Origin: Vulcanimicrobiota bacterium
Lineage (GTDB): Bacteria > Vulcanimicrobiota > Vulcanimicrobiia > Vulcanimicrobiales > Vulcanimicrobiaceae
Assembly: GCA_963833095.1 (NCBI GenBank)
Contig: CAWHWQ010000005.1
Span: 352,001 to 416,000 of the forward strand
Reading direction: 5' to 3'
Length of the DNA: 64,000 nucleotides
Shown here in pieces: positions 42,812 through 52,439 of the stretch. Position numbers and translations under genes: made by a program. Numbering within the stretch: the stretch's first letter is position 1; the number at the start of each line of letters is the position of its first letter. The notes under the pieces are model-generated. The model made no database searches. It saw only the letters and a program-made list of their open reading frames with translations, and was not told the origin of the DNA.

Positions 42812-42870
42812 GTCCCTCGACTACGATGGGTAACGCTTCGCGTTACCCATGCTACGCTCGGGATGACAAG
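42812..42870 (-). repeat. REP-like palindromic unit with extended internal hairpin
   Basis: GTCCCTCGACTACG-ATGGGTAACGC-TTC-GCGTTACCCAT-GCTACGCTCGGGATGACAAG. Confidence 0.85.
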
Positions 42871-42879
42871 GTGCGCAGG

Positions 42880-43398
42880 TCACTTCATTGCTTCGGCGCG
42901 GAGCCGAATCTGGTGCAGTTGCCACAAATGAATGAAGCGCTGCAGCTCCTCTTGCGTCTCGGGCTCGATGTCGGTGAACTTCAGGCCGTGCGCAAGTTGT
43001 TTCGTGGAAGGCACGTAGAACGTCGACAGGATAGTGCCGCCGATACGCATTGCTGCAAATGGCGCGGGTGCGCTTTTGACGGTTTCAGGACGCAAGCCAA
43101 ACGGCGTCTGCTTGAAGACTTCTTTCTCGATCGTAAGCTCGCTGATAAACTCGTCGGGCAGTTGAAAATCCAGGCTAAGGACCGAACCCTTGAGGAAATC
43201 CTCGTCGGTTGAAAGCCGCAGACCACCGGCCGAGAGGTCGTTTGCTCGCCCGTGGCGCCGGCCCGGCCGATCGCGCAGCGTGTACAGCACGTCGAATTCC
43301 ACGGGCATGCGAAAGGATGACCGTTTTTGCGGCGACTTGCCTTGGGCTTTGGCATCGCCCTTAGACGCGTCGGTGCGCTTACGCCGAAAGAAGAACAC
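42880..43398 (-). CDS. PilZ domain protein (c-di-GMP receptor)
   Basis: RxxxR 'KRSSFR' and DxSxxG 'DLSAGG'; 'GLKF'. Confidence 0.85.
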   Translation of the reverse strand: MFFFRRKRTDASKGDAKAQGKSPQKRSSFRMPVEFDVLYTLRDRPGRRHGRANDLSAGGLRLSTDEDFLKGSVLSLDFQLPDEFISELTIEKEVFKQTPFGLRPETVKSAPAPFAAMRIGGTILSTFYVPSTKQLAHGLKFTDIEPETQEELQRFIHLWQLHQIRLRAEAMK

Positions 43399-43458
43399 GC
43401 GAGGGTGGCGTTGTCGCGGGCAGGCCCCGCTTCCTGCTCACCCAAAGACCAGCCGTGG

Positions 43459-44847
43459 ATGCTCCACCAACGGTTGATCGAAGCGCTTGGCGCAGACGCG
43501 GTTAAGACGGCGCCCGAAGACCTGCGCGCCTATGCGTTCGATGCGTATACCGAAGGGCGGCTGCCGTCTGCGGTAGTTCTGCCTTCGAACACGCGCGAGG
43601 TGAGCGCGCTGGTAAAGATTGCGCGCGATTGCGGCGAGCCAATCGTGCCGCGTGGCGCCGGCACCGGCCTGTGCGGCGGAGCAGTCCCCGTCGACGGCGG
43701 CATCGTCTGCTCGTTTACACGCATGAACCGTGTACTGGCCTACGAACCAGAACGGCGCCGCGCACGCGTGCAACCCGGATTGATCAACCTCGATCTCTCC
43801 CGTGCAAGCGAACGTGACGGACTCTTCTACGCACCGGATCCGTCGTCGCAACGCATTGCGACCATCGGCGGCAACATCGCGACCAACGCCGGCGGCCCGC
43901 ACTGTCTTTCCTATGGCACGACGATCAATCACGTGCTCGCGCTCGAAATCGTCGACGATCGCGGCGAGGTCTTCACGACCGACATCGATCGGCCGGGATA
44001 CGATCTCACCGCTGCCTTCGTCGGCAGTGAGGGCACGCTTGGCCTCGTCACCGCGGCTTGGGTGCGTCTCATGCGCTTGCCCGAAGCGGTGCGTGTGTGG
44101 CTGGCCACGTTTCCCGACGTAGAATCCGCTTCGGACGCGGTCTCGGCGATCATCGCTGCGGGAATCGTACCGACCGCGCTTGAGATGATGGACGCCGTTG
44201 CGACACGCGCCGTCGAGGCGGCGTTCTCGGCCGGCTATCCGACCGACGCGGGGGCGGTGCTGCTAATCGAACATGCCGGGCTCGACGACGATATGAATGC
44301 TTACGAACGTGAGATCGAACGCATCGCGCGCGAGCACGGCGCAAACTCGTGGCGCGCAGCGCGTTCGCAGGCCGAGCGCGATGCGCTCTGGGCCGGGCGC
44401 AAAGGCGCGGCCGGAGCGATGGGACGCATTGCACCGAACTATTATCTGCAAGATGTCTGCGTGCGGCGCAGTACGCTCCCGCAAGCGCTGCACACCATCG
44501 AACGGATTGCCCACGACTACAAGCTCACGATGGCCAACGTCTTTCACGCGGGCGACGGAAATCTGCACCCGATGATCTGCTATGACAAGCGCGATAAAAA
44601 GCAAGTCGCGGCGGTGATCGAGTCCGGCAACGAGATATTGAAAATGGCGGTGGATCTGGGCGGAACGGTTTCGGGCGAGCACGGCATCGGCTTCGAGAAG
44701 CGCGAAGCGATGACCGCGATCTATACGACCCAGGATCTCGCCGCGATGGCACGCGTGCGCGAGGTCTTCGATCCGCATCGCGCTTTTAATCCCGAGAAAA
44801 TTTTTCCGGTGGGCGTACGCTGCCCGGAAGTCGCCCCGGTCGCATGA
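43459..44847 (+). CDS. glcD: FAD-linked oxidase, glycolate oxidase subunit D type
   Basis: 'PRGAGTGL.GGA', 'YAPDPSS', 'GSEGTLG', 'HAGDGNLHP', 'GEHGIG', 'NPEK'. Confidence 0.9.
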   Translation: MLHQRLIEALGADAVKTAPEDLRAYAFDAYTEGRLPSAVVLPSNTREVSALVKIARDCGEPIVPRGAGTGLCGGAVPVDGGIVCSFTRMNRVLAYEPERRRARVQPGLINLDLSRASERDGLFYAPDPSSQRIATIGGNIATNAGGPHCLSYGTTINHVLALEIVDDRGEVFTTDIDRPGYDLTAAFVGSEGTLGLVTAAWVRLMRLPEAVRVWLATFPDVESASDAVSAIIAAGIVPTALEMMDAVATRAVEAAFSAGYPTDAGAVLLIEHAGLDDDMNAYEREIERIAREHGANSWRAARSQAERDALWAGRKGAAGAMGRIAPNYYLQDVCVRRSTLPQALHTIERIAHDYKLTMANVFHAGDGNLHPMICYDKRDKKQVAAVIESGNEILKMAVDLGGTVSGEHGIGFEKREAMTAIYTTQDLAAMARVREVFDPHRAFNPEKIFPVGVRCPEVAPVA

Positions 44848-46037
44848 CGATCGAATCCCTCGCGCGACTACTCGGCGCGTGCGCGCGCGACCGCCGCGCG
44901 GTAGCGATCCAAGGCGGTAACACCCTGCGCGGCATGGGGCTACCACCGCTGCGCGCCGATGTCACGCTTTCGACGCTCGAGTTGAACGAGATCGTCGAAG
45001 ACGCTCCCGCCGATCTGACGATCGCGGTGCAAAGCGGCGTGACACTGCGCACCCTTTCGACGCGCCTTGCCAAGCATGGCGCGCACGTGCCCTTCGACGC
45101 GCCGCGCGCGGCTGACGCAACGGTCGGCGGTACGCTCGCCGCCGGCTGGCTCGGGCCGCGCCGCCATTGCTACGGGCGCCCGCGTGATTTTGTCATCGGG
45201 TCGGTCGCGGTCTTGGCCGACGGCACGATTGCGCACGCTGGGGGCATGGTCGTGAAAAATGTCTCAGGCTACGACTTGAGCCGGCTATACGTCGGCTCGT
45301 TCGGCACGCTCGCCGTGCTCGCGCAAATCAATTTGAAGACGATCGCCGCGCCGCCGGCGGCCCGCATGTTTCACCTGCGATTGCCCGTGGGGACGCGCGC
45401 ACGCGCGCTCGCGCAATTCGCACACTTGGCCATTGGGCCGTCGGCGGCATTTTGGATCGAAGGCCATCGCGGAACGGTCGATGGCGACGACGGCGACGAG
45501 GGCCGGATGTCGGTTTTGCTCGAGGGATCCCGGGCCGTGCTCGAACGCGCGACGCGGGATCTGCGTTCGGCGATGGGGCGAGCCGGCGTCCCCGAGACGC
45601 GGATCGTCGACGCCGGTGCGAACGAATCATTCGAGCGCATCGTCGACGCGTACGTCGCATGTCTGGGTGAACGCTCGATTACATACCGCATCCCGGCGTT
45701 TCCCGACGAGGTGCTACCGCGTGCGGACGCGTGCAAGGCTCTCGCCGAGCGCTTCGAACTGCGCACCGATACAATTGTCGACGCAATGAACGGCGACTTG
45801 CTTTTTCGCGTAAGCGATCTCGATGCGCGCGCCTTCGGCACCAAGATCGAGATGTTCGACGACGCCCTTCATGACGACGAGCCGCGCGCCGTCATCGTCG
45901 CCGGCAATCATCCCAGCCGCTCGCTGCTCAACGTGTGGGGAGAACCTCCCGACGGCCTCGAGCGCATGCGCGAACTCAAGAAGCAATTCGATCCGGGCAA
46001 CATTTTGAATCCCGGCCGCTTCGTTTCGGGACTGTAG
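44844..46037 (+). CDS. glcE: FAD-binding subunit, GlcE type
   Basis: 'ATVGG', 'GGMVVKNVSGYDL..LYVGSFGTL', 'FDPGNILNPGRF'; ATGA overlap with glcD. Confidence 0.85.
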   Translation: MTIESLARLLGACARDRRAVAIQGGNTLRGMGLPPLRADVTLSTLELNEIVEDAPADLTIAVQSGVTLRTLSTRLAKHGAHVPFDAPRAADATVGGTLAAGWLGPRRHCYGRPRDFVIGSVAVLADGTIAHAGGMVVKNVSGYDLSRLYVGSFGTLAVLAQINLKTIAAPPAARMFHLRLPVGTRARALAQFAHLAIGPSAAFWIEGHRGTVDGDDGDEGRMSVLLEGSRAVLERATRDLRSAMGRAGVPETRIVDAGANESFERIVDAYVACLGERSITYRIPAFPDEVLPRADACKALAERFELRTDTIVDAMNGDLLFRVSDLDARAFGTKIEMFDDALHDDEPRAVIVAGNHPSRSLLNVWGEPPDGLERMRELKKQFDPGNILNPGRFVSGL

Positions 46038-46043
46038 CGGTAC

Positions 46044-47144
46044 GTGTTCGGCGACATCGTGTTTGCACTGAAAACGGTGCTGCGCAGCCCCGAGCGCTTG
46101 CGCGCCCTCTTTGCCGGGGGCCCGTCGACGGCGGTTGACCTCGTGCGGTTCATGACCCGCATCGTTCCACTTTCGGCTGCCAGCTTGGAAGCGATTCGCG
46201 AGCGAGCCGCCGCGATTCCCGATCCGCAGCTACGCGCGCAAGCCCTCGCCAGTGTCGACGGAAAGGCCTATCACGTCGCGGGAGCCTGCATTCTCGCGAC
46301 CTTTCTGCCGCCCGACGCTGCGCGTCGTTACGTGGCCATCGTCGCGCCGCTGGAGACGATCTACGATTATCTCGACAACCTGTGCGACCGTCATCCCGGC
46401 GTTAGCGTCGAGGCCTATCCCGTGCTCCATCAAGCCATCAGCGATGCGCTCGACCCTTCCGCACCGGCTCGCGACTATTACGCATGCGGACCGACCGGCG
46501 ACGACGGCGGCTACCTGCGCAACCTCGTGCAACGCACCCAACACGCGCTCGCGCAGGTGCCGCACCTCGACCTGCTGCGTCCGCGTTTCGCGCATGCGGC
46601 GCAACTCTATGGTGAAATGCAAACGCACAAACACTATCCCGCTGGTGAACGCGAACAACGCTGCGTCGCCTGGTACGAGCAGCATCGCGAGCGCTACAAA
46701 GACATCGACTGGCACGAGTTTGCGTCGGCGGCGGGATCGCAGTTTCACGTGTATGGACCACTCCTCGAGGCCTTTCTCGATCGGCGCGAAGCGATCGCGG
46801 GAACCTACGACGCGTACTTTCCGTACGTCAGCGCGGTGCACGTACTGCTCGATGCCTTCATCGATCAAGCCGAAGATCGCGAACACGGGGAATTGAATTT
46901 CAGCCGCGTCTACGGCGGCGCAGCCGCACTACGCTCGCGCGTGCGTAGCCTGTTCGATGCGGCACGGCAACGGCTCGGGGCGCTCCCCGGCGACCGGGCG
47001 CATCGTTTCGTCCTCGACGTGATGACGCTGTTCTATCTCAGCCATCCCAAAATCGCGGCGCAGGGCCTCGAGCGCGAGGCGCGGGCGCTGCTTCGCACGA
47101 ACGCTTTATCCAGGGACGCATACCACGGAGGGCTTCGCCGCTGA
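46044..47144 (+). CDS. DUF2600 / YtpB-like tetraprenyl-beta-curcumene synthase family terpene cyclase
   Basis: 'LR.QALAS...KAYH', 'TIYDYLDNLCDR', 'DGGYL..LV', 'W.EF.SAAGS', 'YFPY', 'LLD.FIDQ.ED...GELNF'. Confidence 0.82.
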   Translation: MFGDIVFALKTVLRSPERLRALFAGGPSTAVDLVRFMTRIVPLSAASLEAIRERAAAIPDPQLRAQALASVDGKAYHVAGACILATFLPPDAARRYVAIVAPLETIYDYLDNLCDRHPGVSVEAYPVLHQAISDALDPSAPARDYYACGPTGDDGGYLRNLVQRTQHALAQVPHLDLLRPRFAHAAQLYGEMQTHKHYPAGEREQRCVAWYEQHRERYKDIDWHEFASAAGSQFHVYGPLLEAFLDRREAIAGTYDAYFPYVSAVHVLLDAFIDQAEDREHGELNFSRVYGGAAALRSRVRSLFDAARQRLGALPGDRAHRFVLDVMTLFYLSHPKIAAQGLEREARALLRTNALSRDAYHGGLRR

Positions 47145-47149
47145 ATCGC

Positions 47150-48964
47150 TTGATCGCCGCGCTCCTGAGCGCCAGTCTCCTTTACGCGCTGGCCGGGACC
47201 GCGCGCGCCGACGAACGCTCGAACGAGCAGCTCGTGATCGACGGGCCAAGCGCTGCCGCAGCCCAAGCCGACGCGGCGCGGATCAATCAAGAATCGCATT
47301 ACGCGAGCACGCCGGGCGACTATCACATCGCCCAGTGGATGCGTGGCGAGCTCGCTGCCGCCGGATTCATTGCGACTAACGAAGTTTTCACCCACGACGT
47401 GCCGTTTTCCAGATTTCTCGGGTTGGAAGAATTCCAGTATCCGCGCTGGACCAAGTTCAAACTCGGTGAGGTCCCCATTCCCGCCGATCCCGACGGGACG
47501 CGCCGCGACGCGGGGCCTCCCTTCAATGCGTGGAGCGGCAGCGGTGTCGCAGTCGCGAACGTCGTCGATGCGGGACATGGTCTTCCCGCGGACTATGAAT
47601 CGCTGGCTTCGCGCGGAGTCGACGTGCGTACGCGCATCGCGCTCATCCGCTATGGCCGTGAATTTCGTGGAGAACTCGCCAAGCGCGCTCAAGATCGCGG
47701 CGCAGCCGGCGTCATCTTCTTCTCCGATCCGGCGGATCCCGATGGATCGTTGCACGGGCCTGCCTATCCCGATGGACCCTACCGCCCGCTCGGCTCGGTG
47801 CAGCGTGGCGCGCTCGATCAGGACACTATAACTATTCCAACGTTGCCGATCAACGCGCTCAACGCGCAGCGCATTCTGTCAACGATGTCAAACGGTATCA
47901 GCAATGTGCCGTTCCGCCTCACCGTGCAGATGGACGTCAAGCACAACGTGAAGCTGTGGAACACTGTGGGCGTGCTGCCCGGTAAGGATCCGACGCATAG
48001 CGTGGTGATCGGCGCGCACCGCGATGCGTGGGTTTACGGCGTTACCGACAACGGCTCGGGTACGTCGGTCGTGCTCCAAGCCGCGCGCGCGATTGCCTAC
48101 CTGTATCGCGCCGGCTGGCGTCCGCAGTATTCGATCGTCGTCGTCGGGTTCGACGGCGAAGAAATCGGAGAGGTCGGCTCCAACGCGTACGTGCGCATGC
48201 ATCACGGCGAACTCGAGAGCGGCTGCCTAGCGTACATCAACGAAGACGAAATCACCACTGGACAATATTTCGGCGCGAGTGCAGCCGACGCGTTGCGCGA
48301 CGCGATTCTTCCGGCGACCGAAGTGATCCCCGATCCGGCCGCGCCCTCGCAAACGATCTTCAACCGCTGGCAGGCCCAAAAGGGCGGAAGCACCGTGCGC
48401 GGTCCAGGCGGTGGCTCCGACTTTGAACCCTTTCTCTACGATTTGGGAGTCCCGATCGTACAAGTCGGTTTTTACGGCATTTTCGGTGTGTATCACTCGG
48501 GCTTCGATGATCTCAACTACGCGATGACGCAGGCCGACCCGGGTTTCGTCAACCACCGCGCTATCTCGCAGCTCGTCGCGCTGCTAACCATGCGTCTCGC
48601 GAGCGGGATCATGCCGTATCGCCTGACGCCCTATGCTGCGACGCTGCGCAACGACGCGCAAACGCTCGCGGGAACGCAACATCACCGCGACCTCGCGCCG
48701 TTCCTCGCAGCGGTCAACCGATACGCAAATCGCGCGGCGACGGCGGATCACCGCGGGATCGACGGCAACGCCGAAATCGGCATCGTGCACCGGCTGGACA
48801 AACTTGCCTACGGACGCAACGGCTACGCGTCGGTTCCCCTTCCGATCGTCAATGACGCGCTTGCGCGCGGCGACGAGGCGGCGATCTCTGCTGCCGTCGG
48901 ACGTGCCGTTCACGATCTCGACGATATCTCGAGCGCGATCGCGAGCGCGACAACACGGCGCTAG
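47150..48964 (+). CDS. Secreted M28 peptidase with PA domain (glutamate carboxypeptidase II-like)
   Basis: 'IALIRYG', 'VQRG', 'GAHRDAW..G..DNGSG', 'FDGEE', 'GGGSDF', 'YHS..D'. Confidence 0.9.
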   Translation: MIAALLSASLLYALAGTARADERSNEQLVIDGPSAAAAQADAARINQESHYASTPGDYHIAQWMRGELAAAGFIATNEVFTHDVPFSRFLGLEEFQYPRWTKFKLGEVPIPADPDGTRRDAGPPFNAWSGSGVAVANVVDAGHGLPADYESLASRGVDVRTRIALIRYGREFRGELAKRAQDRGAAGVIFFSDPADPDGSLHGPAYPDGPYRPLGSVQRGALDQDTITIPTLPINALNAQRILSTMSNGISNVPFRLTVQMDVKHNVKLWNTVGVLPGKDPTHSVVIGAHRDAWVYGVTDNGSGTSVVLQAARAIAYLYRAGWRPQYSIVVVGFDGEEIGEVGSNAYVRMHHGELESGCLAYINEDEITTGQYFGASAADALRDAILPATEVIPDPAAPSQTIFNRWQAQKGGSTVRGPGGGSDFEPFLYDLGVPIVQVGFYGIFGVYHSGFDDLNYAMTQADPGFVNHRAISQLVALLTMRLASGIMPYRLTPYAATLRNDAQTLAGTQHHRDLAPFLAAVNRYANRAATADHRGIDGNAEIGIVHRLDKLAYGRNGYASVPLPIVNDALARGDEAAISAAVGRAVHDLDDISSAIASATTRR

Positions 48965-48967
48965 ATC

Positions 48968-49810
48968 ATGCGCGTTGGACTCGTAGGGGCCTCGGGCTTC
49001 ATCGGCCGGCATCTACGCGCTGCCCTGGTCGCGCGCGGCGATGAGGTCGTCCCGGCGTCGCTGCGCAACCCTACGGCAGCCGCCAATGCGGTACGCACTT
49101 GCGATGCCGTGATCAACCTCGCGGGGGAGCCGATCGCCCAGCGCTGGACGCCCGTTGCTAAGGAGCGACTGCGCAGCAGTCGCGCCGGCGCGACGCGCGC
49201 GTTGCTTGACGCTTTGGCTAGTGATAACCGGCGTCCGGCGGCCTACATCAGCGCATCGGCGATCGGCTACTATCCACCAAGCGAAACGCAAACGTACACC
49301 GAGGATAGTCCAGCAGGCCTCGATTTTCTCGCCGAACTGTGCGCCGCATGGGAGCTTGAAGCGCGGCGCGCGCCCGAACTCGGCATGCGTCTGGCTATCG
49401 TTCGCACCGGTGTCGCGCTGGGCGCCGACGGCGGGGCACTCGCCAAGATGCTGCCGCCCTTTCGCTTGGGACTCGGAGGCGTGGTTGGGAGCGGCAAGCA
49501 ATGGATTTCGTGGATCCACATCGACGACGTCGTCGGCATCTACTGCATGGCGCTCGACGGAGCAAGCGGCACCTTCAATGCGACCGCGCCGCATCCGGTC
49601 ACAAACGCCGAATTTACGCAAGCGCTCGGCACGACGCTGCATCGTCCGGCCGTTTTTACGGTTCCTTCATTTGCCTTGCGCATGATGCTCGGCGAAGGTG
49701 CCGGCATCTTACTGACCGGCGCTCGCGTGCTGCCCCAGCACACGCTCGAATCCGGCTACATGTTTCGGTTCACGGCCGTAGAAGACGCGTTACGGAATCT
49801 CTTACCTTGA
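48968..49810 (+). CDS. TIGR01777 family NAD-dependent epimerase-like protein
   Basis: 'GASGFIG', 'INLAGEPI..RWT', 'SASAIGYY', 'GSGKQWISWIH'. Confidence 0.92.
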   Translation: MRVGLVGASGFIGRHLRAALVARGDEVVPASLRNPTAAANAVRTCDAVINLAGEPIAQRWTPVAKERLRSSRAGATRALLDALASDNRRPAAYISASAIGYYPPSETQTYTEDSPAGLDFLAELCAAWELEARRAPELGMRLAIVRTGVALGADGGALAKMLPPFRLGLGGVVGSGKQWISWIHIDDVVGIYCMALDGASGTFNATAPHPVTNAEFTQALGTTLHRPAVFTVPSFALRMMLGEGAGILLTGARVLPQHTLESGYMFRFTAVEDALRNLLP

Positions 49811-50142
49811 CGATTGCCTACGACGACTTTGTGAAAGTCGATATTCGTGCGGGAACGGTTTTGGCAGCCGAAGCGCTCGAGGGAGCGCGCAAGCCGGCCT
49901 ATAAGCTCCGCATCGATTTTGGCCCGGAGTTCGGCGAGCGCAACTCATCGGTGCAAATTACGGTGGTGTACCGAACCGACGAACTGATCGGCACGCAAGT
50001 CTGCGCGGTGGTCAATTTCGAACCCAAGCGCATTGCCGGATTTATCAGCGAGGTGCTCGTACTCGGCATGAACGATATTGAGGGCAACGTCGTGCTTGTT
50101 CGTCCGCAGTACCCCGTGCCCAACGGCACGCGCCTGTATTAG
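49807..50142 (+). CDS. csaA: tRNA-binding protein / chaperone CsaA
   Basis: 'DDF.KVDIRAG', 'KPAYKL.IDFG', 'VVNF.PKRIAGF.SEVLVLG', 'VPNG.RL'; TTGA overlap. Confidence 0.9.
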   Translation: MTIAYDDFVKVDIRAGTVLAAEALEGARKPAYKLRIDFGPEFGERNSSVQITVVYRTDELIGTQVCAVVNFEPKRIAGFISEVLVLGMNDIEGNVVLVRPQYPVPNGTRLY

Positions 50143-51080
50143 CTCGCGACTGTTTCCTTGATCGTGAACTCGAGCGCCTCGAGATAACGCTCCGCGTCCA
50201 TCGCGGCTCGGCACCCGGCGCCGGCTGCGGTGATCGCCTGCTTGTAGCGTATGTCGTTCACGTCGCCCGCGACGAAGACGCCGTCGATGTTGGTCTCGCT
50301 GCCGTCGGGCGAAACGATATAGCCCATCTCGTCCAAATCGAGCTGCCCTTGAAAAATTCCGGTGTTGGGCGTATGGCCGATTGCAATAAAGAGCGCATCG
50401 GCTTCATATTCCATCTCACTGTTGTCGTGCACGTTGCGCAACTTCAACCCCGTCATGTGGTGCTCGCCCAGCACCTCGTCGACGACGGTGTTCCAAATGA
50501 AATCGATTTTTGGATGCGAGCGCGAGCGCTCGGCCATGATCTTACTGGCGCGAAGCCCTTCGCGACGATGGATGACGGTCACCTTACGCCCGAAGCGGGT
50601 GAGGAACAGCGCTTCTTCCATCGCCGAATCGCCGCCGCCCACCACCACGATGTGCTTTTCGCGGAAAAAGGCGCCGTCGCAGGTCGCACAGGTCGAAACG
50701 CCGCGCCCGCGCAGTTTTTCTTCACCGGGAATCTCGAGCCACCGCGCGCTGGCACCGGTGGCGACGATTACGGTCTTGGCGTGAAATTCTTCGTCGGCGG
50801 TGCGAACGACAAACGGCTTCTTTGAGAAATCGACCGCAGTCGCATCGACATTCTCGATGCGCGCGCCGAAGCGTTCGGCCTGCTCGCGGAACTTGATCAT
50901 CAGATCGGGCCCCTGAATGCCCTCGGGAAATCCGGGGTAATTCTCGACCTCGGTGGTGAGCATCAACTGCCCGCCGTAGAGACCTCCCGCCAGAACCAGG
51001 GGTGCAAGATTTGCGCGGGCCGCGTAAATCGCGGCGGTCAGCCCGGCGGGGCCGGACCCGATGATGAGAACTCGTTCCAT
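50139..51080 (-). CDS. trxB: Thioredoxin-disulfide reductase
   Basis: 'IIGSGPAG', 'GVSTCATCDG', 'GGGDSAMEEA', 'FVAGDV...YKQAITAAG'. Confidence 0.97.
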   Translation of the reverse strand: MERVLIIGSGPAGLTAAIYAARANLAPLVLAGGLYGGQLMLTTEVENYPGFPEGIQGPDLMIKFREQAERFGARIENVDATAVDFSKKPFVVRTADEEFHAKTVIVATGASARWLEIPGEEKLRGRGVSTCATCDGAFFREKHIVVVGGGDSAMEEALFLTRFGRKVTVIHRREGLRASKIMAERSRSHPKIDFIWNTVVDEVLGEHHMTGLKLRNVHDNSEMEYEADALFIAIGHTPNTGIFQGQLDLDEMGYIVSPDGSETNIDGVFVAGDVNDIRYKQAITAAGAGCRAAMDAERYLEALEFTIKETVAS

Positions 51081-51139
51081 GGTTGCTTGGGCTTCGACCC
51101 GTCGGCAGTGGCTCCCGGTTGCGCGGCGAAGAGCCCGCC

Positions 51140-51982
51140 ATGAGCCGCTGGCCGGATATCCCACTCGAGGACACCTTCGGCGACGTGCTGCGCAAAGCGA
51201 TGCGCGGCAATCGCGTCGAGACCCGCGCGTTGGCATCGCAGACGGGCATCGACGCCGCTGCCATCACGGCATGGCTGGCCGACGACGGCACCGCTAACGC
51301 GTCACAAGCGCGCGCGCTAGCCAAAGCGTTGAAGTTGAACGGCGAGCGCCTCGTCGAACGCGCCGCCGGTGCGTTCGCTCCGCCCAAGGTCGTAATGCAC
51401 GGCGTCCAGCAGCACACCCAAGATTCTCAGCCGAACAGCAACGGCTACATCCTCTTCCGTGGCGACCGCAAACGCGCTGCACTGGTCGATCCGGCAGGTA
51501 CGCCGCAGCGATTGCTGGATCTACTGCGCGAAGGCGGCTTCGACTTGGAGTATATCCTCGTCACGCATAAGCATAATGACCATTGTGGCGCTGTTGCCGC
51601 CATCGCACGAGCCTATCCCGACGCGCACATCGTCATGCATCCACTCGACATGCATGCAATCGGCGCTCTCGCGTCGAGCGCATATGCCGCGAATGACGGA
51701 GCGACCTTCCCGTTCGGCAATGATGCGCAGATTCGTGTGCTGCACACGCCGGGACACACCGACGGCTCAGTCTGTTATCTCGTCGACTCGACGGTCTTTA
51801 CCGGAGATATTCTCTTCTCGGGCAGCGTGGGCGGCGCGTACGGCGACGAGAGCACGTATGAGGACATACTTCAGAACGTACGCGCGAAGCTCTTTACGCT
51901 CCCCGAAGAGACGGTCATTATGCCCGGGCACGGGCCACCCTCTACGGTCGGCGCGGAGCGCGCGCACGACCCGTTCTTCTAG
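51140..51982 (+). CDS. MBL-fold hydrolase (glyoxalase II-like) with N-terminal HTH-like extension
   Basis: 'THKHNDH', 'HTPGHT', 'FTGDILF..SVG', 'PGHGP'; N-terminal 'LEDTFGDVLRKAMRG...LASQTGI'. Confidence 0.85.
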   Translation: MSRWPDIPLEDTFGDVLRKAMRGNRVETRALASQTGIDAAAITAWLADDGTANASQARALAKALKLNGERLVERAAGAFAPPKVVMHGVQQHTQDSQPNSNGYILFRGDRKRAALVDPAGTPQRLLDLLREGGFDLEYILVTHKHNDHCGAVAAIARAYPDAHIVMHPLDMHAIGALASSAYAANDGATFPFGNDAQIRVLHTPGHTDGSVCYLVDSTVFTGDILFSGSVGGAYGDESTYEDILQNVRAKLFTLPEETVIMPGHGPPSTVGAERAHDPFF

Positions 51983-52053
51983 ATATTAGGGTATGTCGTA
52001 GCGCGCCGGAGTCGACAGCCGGAGAACGCCGTTCAAGAGTAGGCCAATTCGAA

Positions 52054-52085
52054 AAGAAGCTGCCGATGTCGATCGGCACCTTCTT
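52054..52085 (-). terminator. Intrinsic terminator of the minus-strand operon
   Basis: AAGAAG.TGCCGAT-loop-ATCGGCA.CTTCTT, followed on the minus strand by a T run, directly after the stop. Confidence 0.65.
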
Positions 52086-52426
52086 TAGCGTGAGGCTTGC
52101 GGGACAATCAGTCGCGAGCCGTCGCTGCCGGTGATGACCGCGCCGCTCCGGTGCGGCGCATCCTCAGTTTCACGAATCAGCTCGAACTGCACCACCACGC
52201 TGCCCGACTTTGGAATCACTTCTGAGACCTTCGTCGGCGAGCAGACGCGCGTGTCACAAAACGCCGCGATCCACCCTTGCGCGACGCCGCTGGTGTTCAA
52301 GTGAATCGTCGTGCCCGGCGTCCCCGAGAGCGTCAGGCGATATTTTGCGGCCGCCTGCGTCGCCGTCGGTAGATCGCTTCCGCTCCAAGGCGTGATTCCG
52401 ATAGCGGCGAGGATGAGAATCAGCAT
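52085..52426 (-). CDS. Small secreted hypothetical protein
   Basis: AAGGA SD, hydrophobic N-terminus, 'GWIAAFC...VC'. Confidence 0.7.
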   Translation of the reverse strand: MLILILAAIGITPWSGSDLPTATQAAAKYRLTLSGTPGTTIHLNTSGVAQGWIAAFCDTRVCSPTKVSEVIPKSGSVVVQFELIRETEDAPHRSGAVITGSDGSRLIVPQASR

Positions 52427-52439
52427 ACTGTCCTTTTTC

